A stretch of 64,000 nt of DNA from Mytilus californianus (Eukaryota). This document shows positions 50,585 through 62,559 of the stretch, one piece after another. A program made the position numbers and the translations under genes. The stretch spans positions 92,775,982-92,839,981 of the forward strand of contig NW_026262679.1 of assembly GCF_021869535.1 (NCBI RefSeq), read 5' to 3'. The notes beneath the pieces were generated by a model. It was not told the DNA's origin. It made no database searches and saw only the letters and a program-made list of their open reading frames with translations. Positions within the stretch are counted from its first letter, which is position 1. Each line of letters begins with the position of its first letter.

Positions 50585-51050
50585 AGAAGATGTGGTATAA
50601 TTGCCAATGAGACAACTCTCCAGCAGAGACCAAATGTCATAGAAGTTAACAGCTATAGGCACCGTACGGTCTTCAACAATGCACAAAACCCATACCGCAT
50701 AGTTTGCTATAAAAGGCACCGAAATGACGAATGTAAAACAATTCAACCGATAAAACTAACGGCCTGATTTATGTACAAAATAATGAACGAAAAACGAATA
50801 TGATGTACAGTAACAAACGACAACCACTGAAATACAGGCTCCTGACTTGGGACACGCACATACAGAAAGTGGCGGGGTTAACAAGTTTGAAGGCGCCAAC
50901 CCTCCCCTAACATCGGACAGAGTTGTAACAGTACAACATAATAAAAAGCTATAAAAATCAGTTGAAAAGGGCTTAACTCATCAGATCGATACAAAGCAGA
51001 AATATATAAAAAAAACACAGACCGGACGGGCAGGGTACTTATACATCCCA
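50585..51050 (+). mobile_element. Full-length copy (about 470 bp) of a SINE-like, non-autonomous interspersed repeat. The head is 'gtggtatgattgccaatgagacaactctcca.cagagaccaaatg...' and the tail is '...cagaccggacgggcagggtacttatacatccc'.
   Basis: It is almost collinear with 51925-52400. Truncated copies occur at 3878-4050, 20270-20340, 22140-22290, 47565-47720, 49690-49950 (tail only), 55955-56100, 56215-56370 and 45290-45355 (minus strand). Track ORFs 3891-4079, 47476-47748, 50555-50767, 50564-50746 and 55966-56190 are artefacts of this repeat. Confidence 0.7.
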
Positions 51051-51924
51051 ACAAAAAAAAAACCCACTAAGTACAGATCTGAGAGTACTCACAGTTACTG
51101 ACAGCTAGTTCAAAGCCATTAACAACTAATACAAAATCATGCAACTAAGATTAAAATATCAAACGATCAGTATACATCTAACGTCCAATGGATTTAGTGT
51201 TATGTCGTCATTAACAGTCAGAGAAAATCGATGACCTTATGCAATGCCAAGATACAGGTAACGACAGATTGTAGAGCCATTGATGTGCATATGTATATGA
51301 AAAATAATGTGTAGTTTGATTTTAATTTACTGATAACAAAATCAATATTTATACCAATAAAAACAATTGTCAAAGATCTAATTACAGTGTTGAATTTGTA
51401 ACCTTTTAGAACAAGTTTATTTCAAGGATTGATAAGTTTACCCGGATCGGATCCAAATTTCCGGGTTTGGTAAACAACATCTCCGTAAAAATTAGAATTT
51501 GCTATCCTGTTTAAAATAACAATTTAACCATTTGACGAGTGACGCCGCTCACGATATCCCAGGCAGAGTCCATCATGGACATACGGAGAAAAGATTCTGG
51601 CTAAATATCAAGTCGTTTTGTTCAGTGGCTCCTGATTAAGATTAAAGTGTGACGACAATATGTGTTGCATGTACGAACTTCAGATGAACGAACAGAGGAA
51701 TGGACGGACAAGCTTATTGCAATAATACCCCCACTCAGATGGGGGTTATATTCATTTTCTATCTCGTAAACAACACATAGCTTCATTTCCAATAGAATGT
51801 TGGTATTTGTTAAATACGTCCTTTCTCGTTTTTTTTCGTACAAATACTCGGAATTTGTCAAAACCTCAGGCTTTCTTTACAGCTTTGAGGCTTTTAGACC
51901 TTCTTAATAAAGCTATATAAAAAT

Positions 51925-52400
51925 AAGGAGATGTGGTATGATTGCCAATGAGACAAATATCCACCCAAGTTTAGATGAAGTGGCTGTAAGCAATTATAGG
52001 CAACCGTACAGCCTTCAACAATGAGAAAAACCCATACCGTATAGTCGGCTATAAAAGGCCCCGACATGAAAAATATGAAACAATTCAATTGAGAAAAACT
52101 AATGGCCAGATTTATAACAAAACAATTTACGAAAATAAATATGACAGACATGAACCAACGACAACCACTGAACTACAGGCTACTGACTTGGGACAGGCAC
52201 ATAAAGAATGTGGAGGGGTTAAACATGTTTGTAAGTGCTCAAACCTCCCCTAACCTGGGACAGTGTTGTTACAGCACAACATAAGAACAAACTATAAAAA
52301 TCAGTTGAAAATGGCTTAACTCATCAGATGGATGCAAAGCAGAACAAATCTAACAAAAAACACAGACCGGACGTGGCAGGGTACTTATACATCCCTAACA
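51925..52400 (+). mobile_element. Second full-length copy of the SINE-like repeat
   Basis: Its head and tail are shared with 50585-51050. It is in the same orientation. Confidence 0.7.
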
Positions 52401-54550
52401 ACAATAGGCACAAATAGAACCTAGTTTAAATGAATATATGGACAACTGCATATATTCTCAGTTCAGTTTATAGTACAGATAAAAAAGAACATATTTGAAC
52501 ATATAGATGTTTTGGATTTCAGTTAGCGTAATCTATGTATTACTGGTAAATTATTAGGTCAGGGATTTCGCTACCACAAATTACTTTAAATCTTTACTAA
52601 ATTCTTCCATAGATACAAAGATTTGGTTTGCAAGTTTGGCTGTATCTGTAAAGAAACTTATTTCAAACGGAAAGAGCAGCAGCGTCGTTGTTGTAGTATA
52701 CCAGCAACCAAGTAAAGAGTGAAGAAATTTGTTATGACAATTTGTGTATATACATGTGAATTTAGTTGCCAAATGTGATGTTTAAACCCAAATAGGCCTA
52801 TATGTTTTTTTATGAATTTAGGAATAGTAATTGGAGAAAGTTTTATATGTTGTATAATAATGTACAAAAGAAAAATCATAAGTCAATAAAATTAAATAAT
52901 GATAAAAAAGCCAAAAGGTTTATGTATATTATCATCATTTTTCTTTAAATAAAATAGACGATGAAGATCATTTCTTATTTAAATGTACACAAATGAAAAC
53001 TTAAGACTTGAATTCTTAAAAAAAACCCTATCTATTCAAATATAGATGCTATGGATAACTTGGATAAATTGGTTTTATGTCTTTCATGTCCGTCAGTAAT
53101 GCGGTATGCTGCTACAGAGGAGAGTGGATTCAACAGCTGCATGACATGTACATATATATAAATTCATGTCTTGTATTATATTATTTTTGTGATGCATTAC
53201 TTTACTGTAATGTGTTATTTTGTTTATTTTCATGTATGACATCAACCCCATTGGGGTATAACAGTGCAGTATTTCAACATAATTTTGACTGCTTTTTGCT
53301 AGCCTACCGTAACTGCAGGACTTATGGGAACGCTGTCCAGGAAGACAAACGCCCACGCTTATTAAAACTGGGTTAGCACAAACCAGATCTTACGAAGTAT
53401 CAGTTTTGAAGTCTTTGATTTGTCTTGCGGCTTTGAAGAAAAATACTTGAAAGGTCCAGAAAGAGCATGTGATTAGGTTACTAAAGTCAGTTTTGACGGA
53501 TCTCAACCCTCCCCCTTTTAATGTTTATGATATTCAGTGGACTAACAAAGATCAACAAAGGGAAGATAAAAGAACATACAGGAAAACCAGGAAAAGTACA
53601 AATAAAACAAATGCATCAACTTTTGTTAATTAATTTATCCTGTTTTTTGTGTAAATTTAATAAATAATTATTTTTCGGGCTCCGAAAAAGCAAAATGAGG
53701 ATGTTAAATTTGATGACTATATGCCTTTTTGTGCTTCTTCGTTACATTTGTTTGTTCTTATGGTGATTAAGATGATAACACAATGTTGACTGCTGTACCC
53801 CTATTTTTGACATTTTTACCTATTGTGTCTGTTTGTTTTGTTCACGCATCGTTGTCAATATAATGGAAGTTGATGCGACTGTCATACAAGTGAGAGGTTT
53901 AGCTAGTATAAAACCAGGTTCAATCCACCATTTTCTACAGTAAGAAAATGCCTGTACCAAGTCAGGAATATGACAGTTGTTATCCATTCGTTTGATGTGT
54001 TTGAGCTTTTGATTTTGCCATTTGATTAGGGACTTTCCTTTTTAAATTTTCCTCGGAGTTCAGTATTTTTGTGATTTTACTTTATACCAATCCTTTTGTA
54101 AGACAGTGAGAGCAGACGGCATCGTTGTATTTTGATGAAAATCATTTTGTTATTAAAACACTTTTTTTTTAATTACCTATAGCCAAGTAATCTCATATTT
54201 GTAACTTCCTTACCAATGTTTCGTAAATTATAGGACTGTTTAAAAAACACAGCAAAAAACTCTACGGACAAAAGTACTGTCAACTTTGAACTTTCACCTG
54301 CATACGGTAAAATCTCTGACGTCATTGAAATATGTGTGGATAAACCGCTCCGATTGCGACGATGCATTCATAATCAAAATCATGTTATGAAAACAAGGAC
54401 TAACACAGTGAGAGACAAATCATTGGAAGTGTTTATAAAACTGTATAATTTTATTGTTTTATATGTGGATGAAACAACATTTTTAATTCAACTATTGTGA
54501 TTTTTTATAACAAGTACGTGACGTATGTCAGCTGTTGACTTTTGAAGGAT

Positions 54551-54701
54551 ATGGGTGAAACAAAGCCCAAAGTTGTGATCATCGGTGGAGGGATCTCCGG
54601 GATAGCCTTAGGAGACCATCTCGCTAAAAATGGATTCAAAGATTACGTTATACTTGAAGCGTCAAATAGAACAGGCGGTAGAATTTATACCGTCAATCTC
54701 G
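54551..54701 (+). CDS. First coding exon of an FAD-dependent polyamine/spermine oxidase: MGETKPKVVIIGGGISGIALGDHLAKNGFKDYVILEASNRTGGRIYTVNL
   Basis: It contains the Rossmann dinucleotide-binding motif GGGISG...E...GGR. The start ATG has a good Kozak context (aaggatATGG) with an in-frame TGA nine nt upstream. The donor is G|GTAAGT at 54702. Confidence 0.75.
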
Positions 54702-55954
54702 GTAAGTTATCCGAGTGTAAAATGTATGCCATGGATTCATTTCGTGATAGTTCTGTACGTTCTCGTTTGGAAAAATTGTCACCTTAGCAAAAAGAAAGTA
54801 ACCCAATATCATAGTAAAAATATATTACAATAATATATTAGTATGTTCATTTGTCGGTATCATTAGGCGATTGTGCACGTCTTTGTATTTTACGAAATTA
54901 CATTGCCTGAACTCGATGACACATTTTTAGATTTTTGTGAATGATTGTGTGAAGGTCAAAATAGGACATATGTACGTCTGGCAACAAACCAATCAAATTT
55001 CTACCTATAAATAGAACCAGTTTTACTACAGGGAAATACTGCTACACAAGGAAATCATTTGTTTTCAAGAAAATGTTTGGTAGACACATTATTTTTTCAT
55101 TTCACATGTTCAAAATGTATACTTGGACCTCTTTCCGGATTTTATCAGAATTTTGCAGTATTTTAAATTATCTTCATCCTCTGTATGATGTTGCCATTGT
55201 TGGTATATTTACATGTATATCAAACAGATAAAGAGTTGAGAACACTGGGCCTTGTTGTGGATAGTATACCTAAAAATAATATTAAATAAGAATAATATTA
55301 GACCATTTTAAATGTTAGTACTCTCTTCCCACAATGTTAGGTCAAGTTGAACTATTTTATAAAATATTTTTATATGCAATTTTATTAAATGGCATGCTAA
55401 AAGGTACAATAAGAAAATGTAGATTAATACAATGTCAAATATGACAAAAATATGTGTTACAATATTATTACGTTCACTGTTACTCCAAAAACAGTTTTCA
55501 TGATAAACTCTTGCTGCCAAAATTTACTGTCTGGATAATAATTTTACAAGCCACTATATAGGCTGATGGACCTGAGGCTGAGTGGAGACTAATGTCCTTA
55601 AAATTTTATATTACATGTATTTGATGGTTTGAAATGCTCTTTGAAACTTCACCATACTGTATAGGTAGGATTAAAGATTTTTGCCACATTATTTTCATGT
55701 GGCATTTTTTTAAGCCATGTGTACTGAAGTGGTGCAGTTCTAAATGGCAGCCTGTGTCTTGTCATAGTTTTTGTACCTATTGAACCAGAAACAGACAAGC
55801 GCATGGTACAATTGTACCATGCACATGTCAGTATTATACCACAAGACATCATGATGAGATGTCACTACTTTGCACAATGCAGTATCTATAAGTACAATGG
55901 AAAATTGTTCCCATCATAAAAAATTGTAACCAAATCAATGTTTATATGAAATAA

Positions 55955-56370
55955 GGACATGTGGTATGATTGCCAATGAGACAACTATCCAACAGAGTCT
56001 GAATGAAGCGGATATTAGGAATTATAGGTCAACATACAGCCTTGGACAACAATTAGTAAACTCATACTGTATAGTCATCAGCTATAATTTTTTTATAATA
56101 GGTACAATTTGGGGCCTTTTAATAAAAGGCGCAAATTGTAATTTGTACCTACGTTGTATACATGTATGTACATGTATCATGAAAAATTGAAACCAACTCA
56201 ATGTTAATATGAAACAATGACATGTGGTTTGATTGCCAATGAGACCACTATCCAATAGAGTCCAAATGAAGCGGATATTACCAATTATAGGTCAACATAC
56301 ATGTACAGCCTTCGACAACAATTAGTAAACCCATCTGTACTCTATAGTCAGCTATAAAAGGCCCCACCAT
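55955..56370 (+). mobile_element. Two tandemly arranged head-only copies of the SINE-like repeat (55955-56100 and 56215-56370) in intron 1 of the polyamine oxidase gene
   Basis: 'gacatgtggtatgattgccaatgagacaactatccaacagagtctgaatgaagcggatatt...' appears twice, 260 bp apart. Confidence 0.65.
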
Positions 56371-57622
56371 GACAAAAAAGTCTGGTAGGAAAATGCAATA
56401 TATGTTCTTTGTTATTAGTAAAATATGTAACATGCTTCCTTTCTATTTCTCAGTCTTTTCCCTTTATTTTTCTATAGAAAGCTTATATACAATTAAAAGG
56501 ATTTGGTACATGTATGTTTACCAATGCGACAACAAATCAATAGGGTCTGTATGACGTGGATTTAAGCAACCATAGATCACCCTACAGCCTTCAACAGTGT
56601 GCAAAAATCCAAATAGTCCTGAAGCTTTTAAATATCCATCTTTTTGACATGTTTGAAGAAGTTTATATTATATTACATGTACAAGTAAAAATATCAATGT
56701 ACATGTACATTTATAAATGTAACAATCAGATATTTGTTAAAAAAGAAGTAACTTCAAGTAACGAAGTCATAGTCATATTTATATAATGTTATGTTACATA
56801 TATTGATGGTGCAAAACATTTCCATGGCCATGAATTGGAACATGTACATACACAAGGTTCTCACTAAGGATTTTTGAAGGCGAGTCTTTGGCCATGATGA
56901 GTCCAACAGTGAGAAGAAGAAATTGTATTGCCATACATGTATAATTTATTATTTCAGTCTCTATCACAAAGTAGAGCATGGAAATGACATCAAATTTAGA
57001 TTATTTTTAACTTTTGCTATAAAATGATGATGTGAGTGCTCAATTTATACAACATTTTACAACCTTAATGCACTTTGGACTCACCAGTTTTGAAAATGAT
57101 GAGTCCAGACAGATTTTCACGAGTCCAGGACTCATGGACTTGCCTTAGTAAGAACCCTGCATACATGTAGAATGTAAAACCATTGACCAGAGTATACTTG
57201 TATTCTCTTTGGTACATATGTCACTGCTTTATATAGGATTGACTTTTTGTTCCTTTTATACATATCATTTTTGCACACTCAAACTTTTGAATGTAACCAT
57301 TCTTGTTAAAATCAGTTTATTAACTTACATGTATTATTGTAAACACCCATTTAGTCTTCCTTATTACACTTTCTGTAACCACATATAAACCTGACATATA
57401 AACCTTGCATCTGGTTAAATGATTGTTATGACTACATTTGTACATATATACATTCTTTCTGAAAATGGCACATTAAAAATTGAAGTTATAAATTTTAAAA
57501 ACCAAAGTAAATATCATGTACATGTTAAAGCCAAGAACTCCATTAAAATTAGTAATGTTTTTCGAAGAAAATGAAATTCTAAATCAAGTAATATAACTGT
57601 TTTTAACTATGATGTTTTTCAG

Positions 57623-58538
57623 ATGCCGAAGGCCATAAAGCGGAAATGGGGGCCAATTGGATACACGGCATAGAAAGAAACCCAATTTTTAAAATTGCTG
57701 ATGACAATAATTTGCTAGAATTGAGACATGGTAATAAAGGTCTTCGTAATAAAACATCCTTTAAAATGGAAAACGGAGATGAAGTAACTGAAAAAATAGT
57801 CAATCAAGTAAATTTGAACTATGGGCAACTTATTATGCAAGCAGAGGATTTTTATCAAAGTGGTATGCCCACAATGGAAGAAAATGATAGTGTTGGAGCA
57901 TTTCTGGAACGTGAATATGAAGACACTTTGGAACGGTATACAAATGGTGACCGTCATGTTAGAGAATTGTTGTTTGATCAGCGAAAAAGGCTAGAGTGTT
58001 GTATATCTGGCTGTGATACATTGTCAGAGGTTTCTTTGAGTGAGTTTGGAAGTTATGAAGAACTACCAGGTGTTCATTATACAATCCCACCAGGTTTTAC
58101 TGCAGTTTTAGAAATCCTAAAAAGTAGTATTCCAAAGGAAAATATTTTACTCAATCATCCAGTCAAATGTATACGATGGAATAGACAATTTCCAGAGCCA
58201 GAAAAAAATGTTTATGAATGTTGTGTTGAATGTGAAAACGGTGAAAAATTCTATGCAAATCACGTAATATGTACAGTTTCACTAGGTGTTTTAAAAGCTG
58301 CTTGTGATAGGATGTTTAGCCCACCATTGCCTAAAATGAAATTAGATGCAATTGATGCAGTAGGATTTGGCATTGTAGACAAAGTTATTGTTCAGTTTGA
58401 TGAACCAGTGACAGAGCCCGAATTGTTTCGAGTAGAACTTGTGTGGGACAATGATCTCATTGAAATGAATGATCTGCGACACACATGGTATCGTAAAATA
58501 TACTCCTTTGAAGTGGTACATGACAATGTTTTAGTTGG
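57623..58538 (+). CDS. Polyamine/spermine oxidase exon 2: DAEGHKAEMGANWIHGIERNPIFKIADD...LRHTWYRKIYSFEVVHDNVLVG
   Basis: Acceptor ttttcAG at 57621-57622 restores the frame from exon 1, and the donor is GTGAGT at 58539. The '(E)MGANWIHG' motif is characteristic of amine oxidases of the PAOX/SMOX family. Track ORF 57646-58554 lies in the same frame. The C-terminal exons were not located in the window. Confidence 0.75.
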
Positions 58539-59379
58539 TGAGTATGATAGTTAAAGTGGCATTGTTGCTATCTAGACTGTCTTTTTTTTTCACCTAGATT
58601 GAATCAACGTATGAATAATGAATTTTTAAAGTTTAAATTCTGTTGCTGTGCAGTTAGTAATTTAAAAGACCATCATGACCACTCTAGTATTGCTTCATCA
58701 GTACAAATATCATGTAATAATATATATACTTTAAGTATTATCAATGATTATAAGATACACCTACGAGGACCTTAACCCGATTGGCTGTATCTAATTTACA
58801 CCAAGATATTAAGGTTAATACAAAAGAATGATTTTAATAATTTAGGAGAGGGGTCTTGCAGCAATTTGATATATTTTATGGTAAAGCATGATAAATGCAG
58901 GATATCCAATCTTGGTTTAAAAAAAACTTGCAGAACATTTTTTGTACTACTAGAGAGTCTTGCATGTATGTACGTGAATGTTGGACAATGTAAAATTAGG
59001 AGGCCAAAGTCAGTTTGATTTAGCCATTTATTATTTATTTACTTTTACTGTTCATGTACATGTACATGTACATGTATCTGAGGAAAAGGGTGTTTTGTTT
59101 TTTCCTGAAGTGTTTTGAATAATTTTTCTTTGTGGAGAGATTTTTGTGTAAATATTTCTTTTTCGGATATTTATATTTATTATTAAGTACTGTTATTATC
59201 ATGATTATTATTTAGTTGTTACCATGCATGGTACATTTGTAACAGAACAAAATCAATAGTTACCAGGTGCTACAAATGTATTTGTACATGTACATTGTAT
59301 GTATATACATATACAGTACATTTAGGCATACTAATAATACTTGTGTTTCCACCAACCCAACCAGCCCTAATTTTTTGTC

Positions 59380-60370
59380 ATTTTTATACGCCCGTTTACG
59401 GGACGTATTATGGTATACCCTTGTCCGTCTGTCCGTCCGTCCGTCTGTCTGTCCGTCCGTCATCAACATGTCGGACATTAACTCAAAAATGCTTTAACCA
59501 ATTTGCATAAAACTTTGGTGAATTGTTTATATCTATTGACGTGAGCTCCCTTTGGTTATTATAAATTTTAGATTTTATGTTTCCGAGTTATGGGGTTTTA
59601 TTCATTAAAAAAAGGGGGTTTTCCAGTTTTCGGACAATAACTCAAGAATGCTTTCGCCAACTTGCAAGAAATTGTGGTGAATTGTTTATATCTATTAACA
59701 TGAGCTCCCTTTCAATTTTTATATATTTTAGATTTTACGTTTTTGAGTTACAGGGTTTTATTCATAAAAAAAAGGGGGATTAGTTACAGGGTTTTATTCA
59801 TAAAAAAGGGGGATTTTTGAGTTTTCGGACAAAAAATCAAAAATGCTTTGGTGAATTGTTTATATCTATTGATGTACTCTGTTTAGAATTTTATAAATTT
59901 TACATTTTACATTTCTGAGTTATGGGGTTTTATTCATTAAAAAAGGGGGGATTTTTCACTTTTCGGACAACTTCTCAAAAATGCTGTCAGCAATTCTCAT
60001 GAAACTTTGGTGAATTGTTTATATCTATTGATGTAAGCTCACTTTACATTTTCATAAATTTCTAATATGACATTGAGATTAAATTGAACTTTATTTGTTT
60101 ATAGTCTGACAACAGATTTACTAAGTATTGCGCAACAGCACAGTGTATTGCACAACAGCAAGAAATCTTTAATTGAATATAAATTCAATTCATATAACCA
60201 ATTTCAAGTTCTTTGACTACATTTATTCAGAAACCTATAATATGTCATAAAATATTTAATACAATCCAAATTCAGACCTGTATCAAGCTTGAATATTGTG
60301 TCCATTTTTGCCCCAACTGTTCAGGGTTGGACCTCTGCGGGTGTATCCAGCTGCGCTCAGCGAAGCAGTT
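59380..60370 (+). mobile_element. Family-A-related variant. It has a different hairpin head (tatacgcccgtttacgggacgtat), (GTCCGTCC)n, an array of about 125-130 bp in about 5 units, two 35-bp-type units, then the family-A tail.
   Basis: The tail 'ccaaattcagacctgtatcaagcttgaatattgtgtccatttttgccccaactgttcagggttggacctctgcgggtgtatccagctgcgctcagcgaagcagtttatt' is homologous to the family-A tail. The internal array is unrelated to the 135/146-bp satellites. Confidence 0.7.
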
Positions 60371-60464
60371 TATTTGAACAAGCATTTGTTAAAGTCAGAC
60401 TTTTGAAACCAGTTAAGAAAACTTTTGAAAAATACAAAAATAATAACTATCGTGTATTTTTATG

Positions 60465-61090
60465 CCCCCGCCGTAGCGGAGGGGGCATTAAGTTTTACCC
60501 TTGTCTGTCCGTACGTACAGATGTACGTACGTATATGTACGTCCCAAAATTGGTTTCTGTTCTCTAACTTTAGTTTGCCTCAACCAAACTTTGAAACTTA
60601 TACACAATGCTTATAACCACAAAACACAGATCAAATTTGAATTTTGGTGGCATCACTTTTGCTGTTCTAGAGTTATGCCCCTCTACAAATGGAAAAATTG
60701 CTGAATTTTTCGTTTCCATTCTCTTACTTTAGTTTGCCTCAAACAAATGTTATGAAACTTATACACAATGCTAATTACCACATAACACAGATCAAGTTCG
60801 AATTTTGGTGGTGTCACTTTTGCTGTTCTAGAGTTATGCCCCTTTACAAATGGAAAAATTGCTGAATTTTTTGTTTCCATTCTCTTACTTTAGTTTGCCT
60901 CAACCAAATGTTATGAAACTATACACAATGCTTATTACCACAAAACTCAGATCAAGTACAAATTTGGGATTCGTCACTTTTACAGTTCTTGAGTTACATA
61001 TATGTACATGTATATCCCTTTATAACATTATATGCAAGGAGGGCATCATCTGTGCCCCATTGACACATTCCCCATTTATTTAACTTTTAA
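60465..61090 (+). mobile_element. Family B composite element copy (head, three units, tail), immediately downstream of the family-A variant
   Basis: Head 'ttttatgcccccgccgtagcggagggggcattaagttttacccttgtctgtccgtacgtac...'. The tail reads '...ggagggcatcatctgtgccccattgacacattccccatttatt'. Track ORFs 60289-61083 are artefacts. Confidence 0.7.
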
Positions 61091-62559
61091 AAATATATCT
61101 GATCCAATTTTATAAAAAAATGTTTCCAGAATAAAAGATCTTCAGTTAGGAATGCGATGAGTAAATGATCTCTGTTACATGTACATGTAAGTGTACATTG
61201 TAGGTCTTGCATGCTAATACTGTTCTTCACCCTTGTATTGGGTTCAGAATTTTATGATTTATTACTATCCAGGTTCAACTGGTACTTTAATACATTCATT
61301 CATGTACATCCGTCAATTATTACAAAGGACAAGCTCATCTCGGCCAGGTTTCTGAAAATTTCAAAGCTGGCTTTCAAATTATATAAAAGAGAAAAAAAGA
61401 AGGAAAGGTTGATTGCAGAAAATATGTGAAGCAGTGACTCAACAGAAATGTTGATCATGTTAATCCTCTCAGACAACATGCAGTGAAAACGATTAACTTT
61501 TAAGGTGAAGGGATGGTAAGAAATGAAAATGTAAAGTAATACATGTTCATGTGAAAAGAAAACATATTTGTTTCGGAGGACAGTAACCTGTGATTTGTCC
61601 TTGTGTGACATGAAAGCTGTGCAGTGTTGCATCAATAACTTATATATATATACTCTAACTCTGACAGTAAATTAATTTACCTACCATATTTTGCGAAATT
61701 GGTATTGTTGAAATGTTGTAAATAGATTGTTTTAGAATCATAAATTTGTATTTTTACTGTTCAATTGTGTGTGCATACAATTTTAAATGATCTTTTAATT
61801 TTAAGGGCATCCCCAGTCTGTAGAATTACAAAAGGTAAAGAGTTCATTGCCCGGTCAGTTTTCAGTCAATGGGTTATTTCATGTCTTCTGTATCGATTAT
61901 AATGAAGGCTCAGTGTAGCATTTGCCTTCTTTCAATTGCATCGGTCAATAAACTTTCTGCACAATACTGACCTTGGGTGATGTTGATAATTTTGTGAAGA
62001 GAGAGTTGTTTTCTGTCTTACCCATATGCATGATATGCATGTAAATGATTTTTCTTTCCCCAATATAAGTCAATTATTTTCCCACTATGTTTTGTTAATT
62101 AATTTCATCCTGAGACACTGGAGAATATTTTGGTATTACTTAAAATAATCACTGCTTGTGGCTATAAGCATGGCCACATAAATTCTATTACAAATGTCAA
62201 TGAATGTAATGAGCATACTTTATAATTTTATTTCTTTTTCAAAATTATTCTTTGGTCATTTCTAATGTGTTTGATATTGATTTGAAATTTTCACAAATAA
62301 ATGGCAGAATGTTTAATTATTTTACAACTTTTGTGTCAAAAGAACATTTGTACAAAAAATGTATGGATGTTTCATGAACGGTCATCATGATGTCATGTGT
62401 GTTGGACACAAAATCAAAATTTTTTCATGGCAAATTAGCCAAAGTAGATATGGCACACAGGGATTGCTGTGCTGTATACATATCTCTTGTCTGTTTTACT
62501 GGTCATTCGGTCTTTAACTGGCCTTTGCCCAATATCTGGTGACCTTGGGAATGTCTGAT

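Noticed and set aside
54515-54525. CRE-like 'cgtgacgta' 30 bp upstream of the polyamine oxidase ATG, considered as a possible promoter element
   Set aside because: A single 8-mer match has no supporting evidence. The TSS is unknown and further 5' UTR exons may exist.
57646-58554. Track ORF beginning with M at 57646, read as an independent gene start
   Set aside because: The frame is open upstream to an AG acceptor at 57621-57622 and joins exon 54551-54701 in phase. It is an internal exon. The ORF's tail 'EYDS*' is intronic read-through past the GTGAGT donor at 58539.
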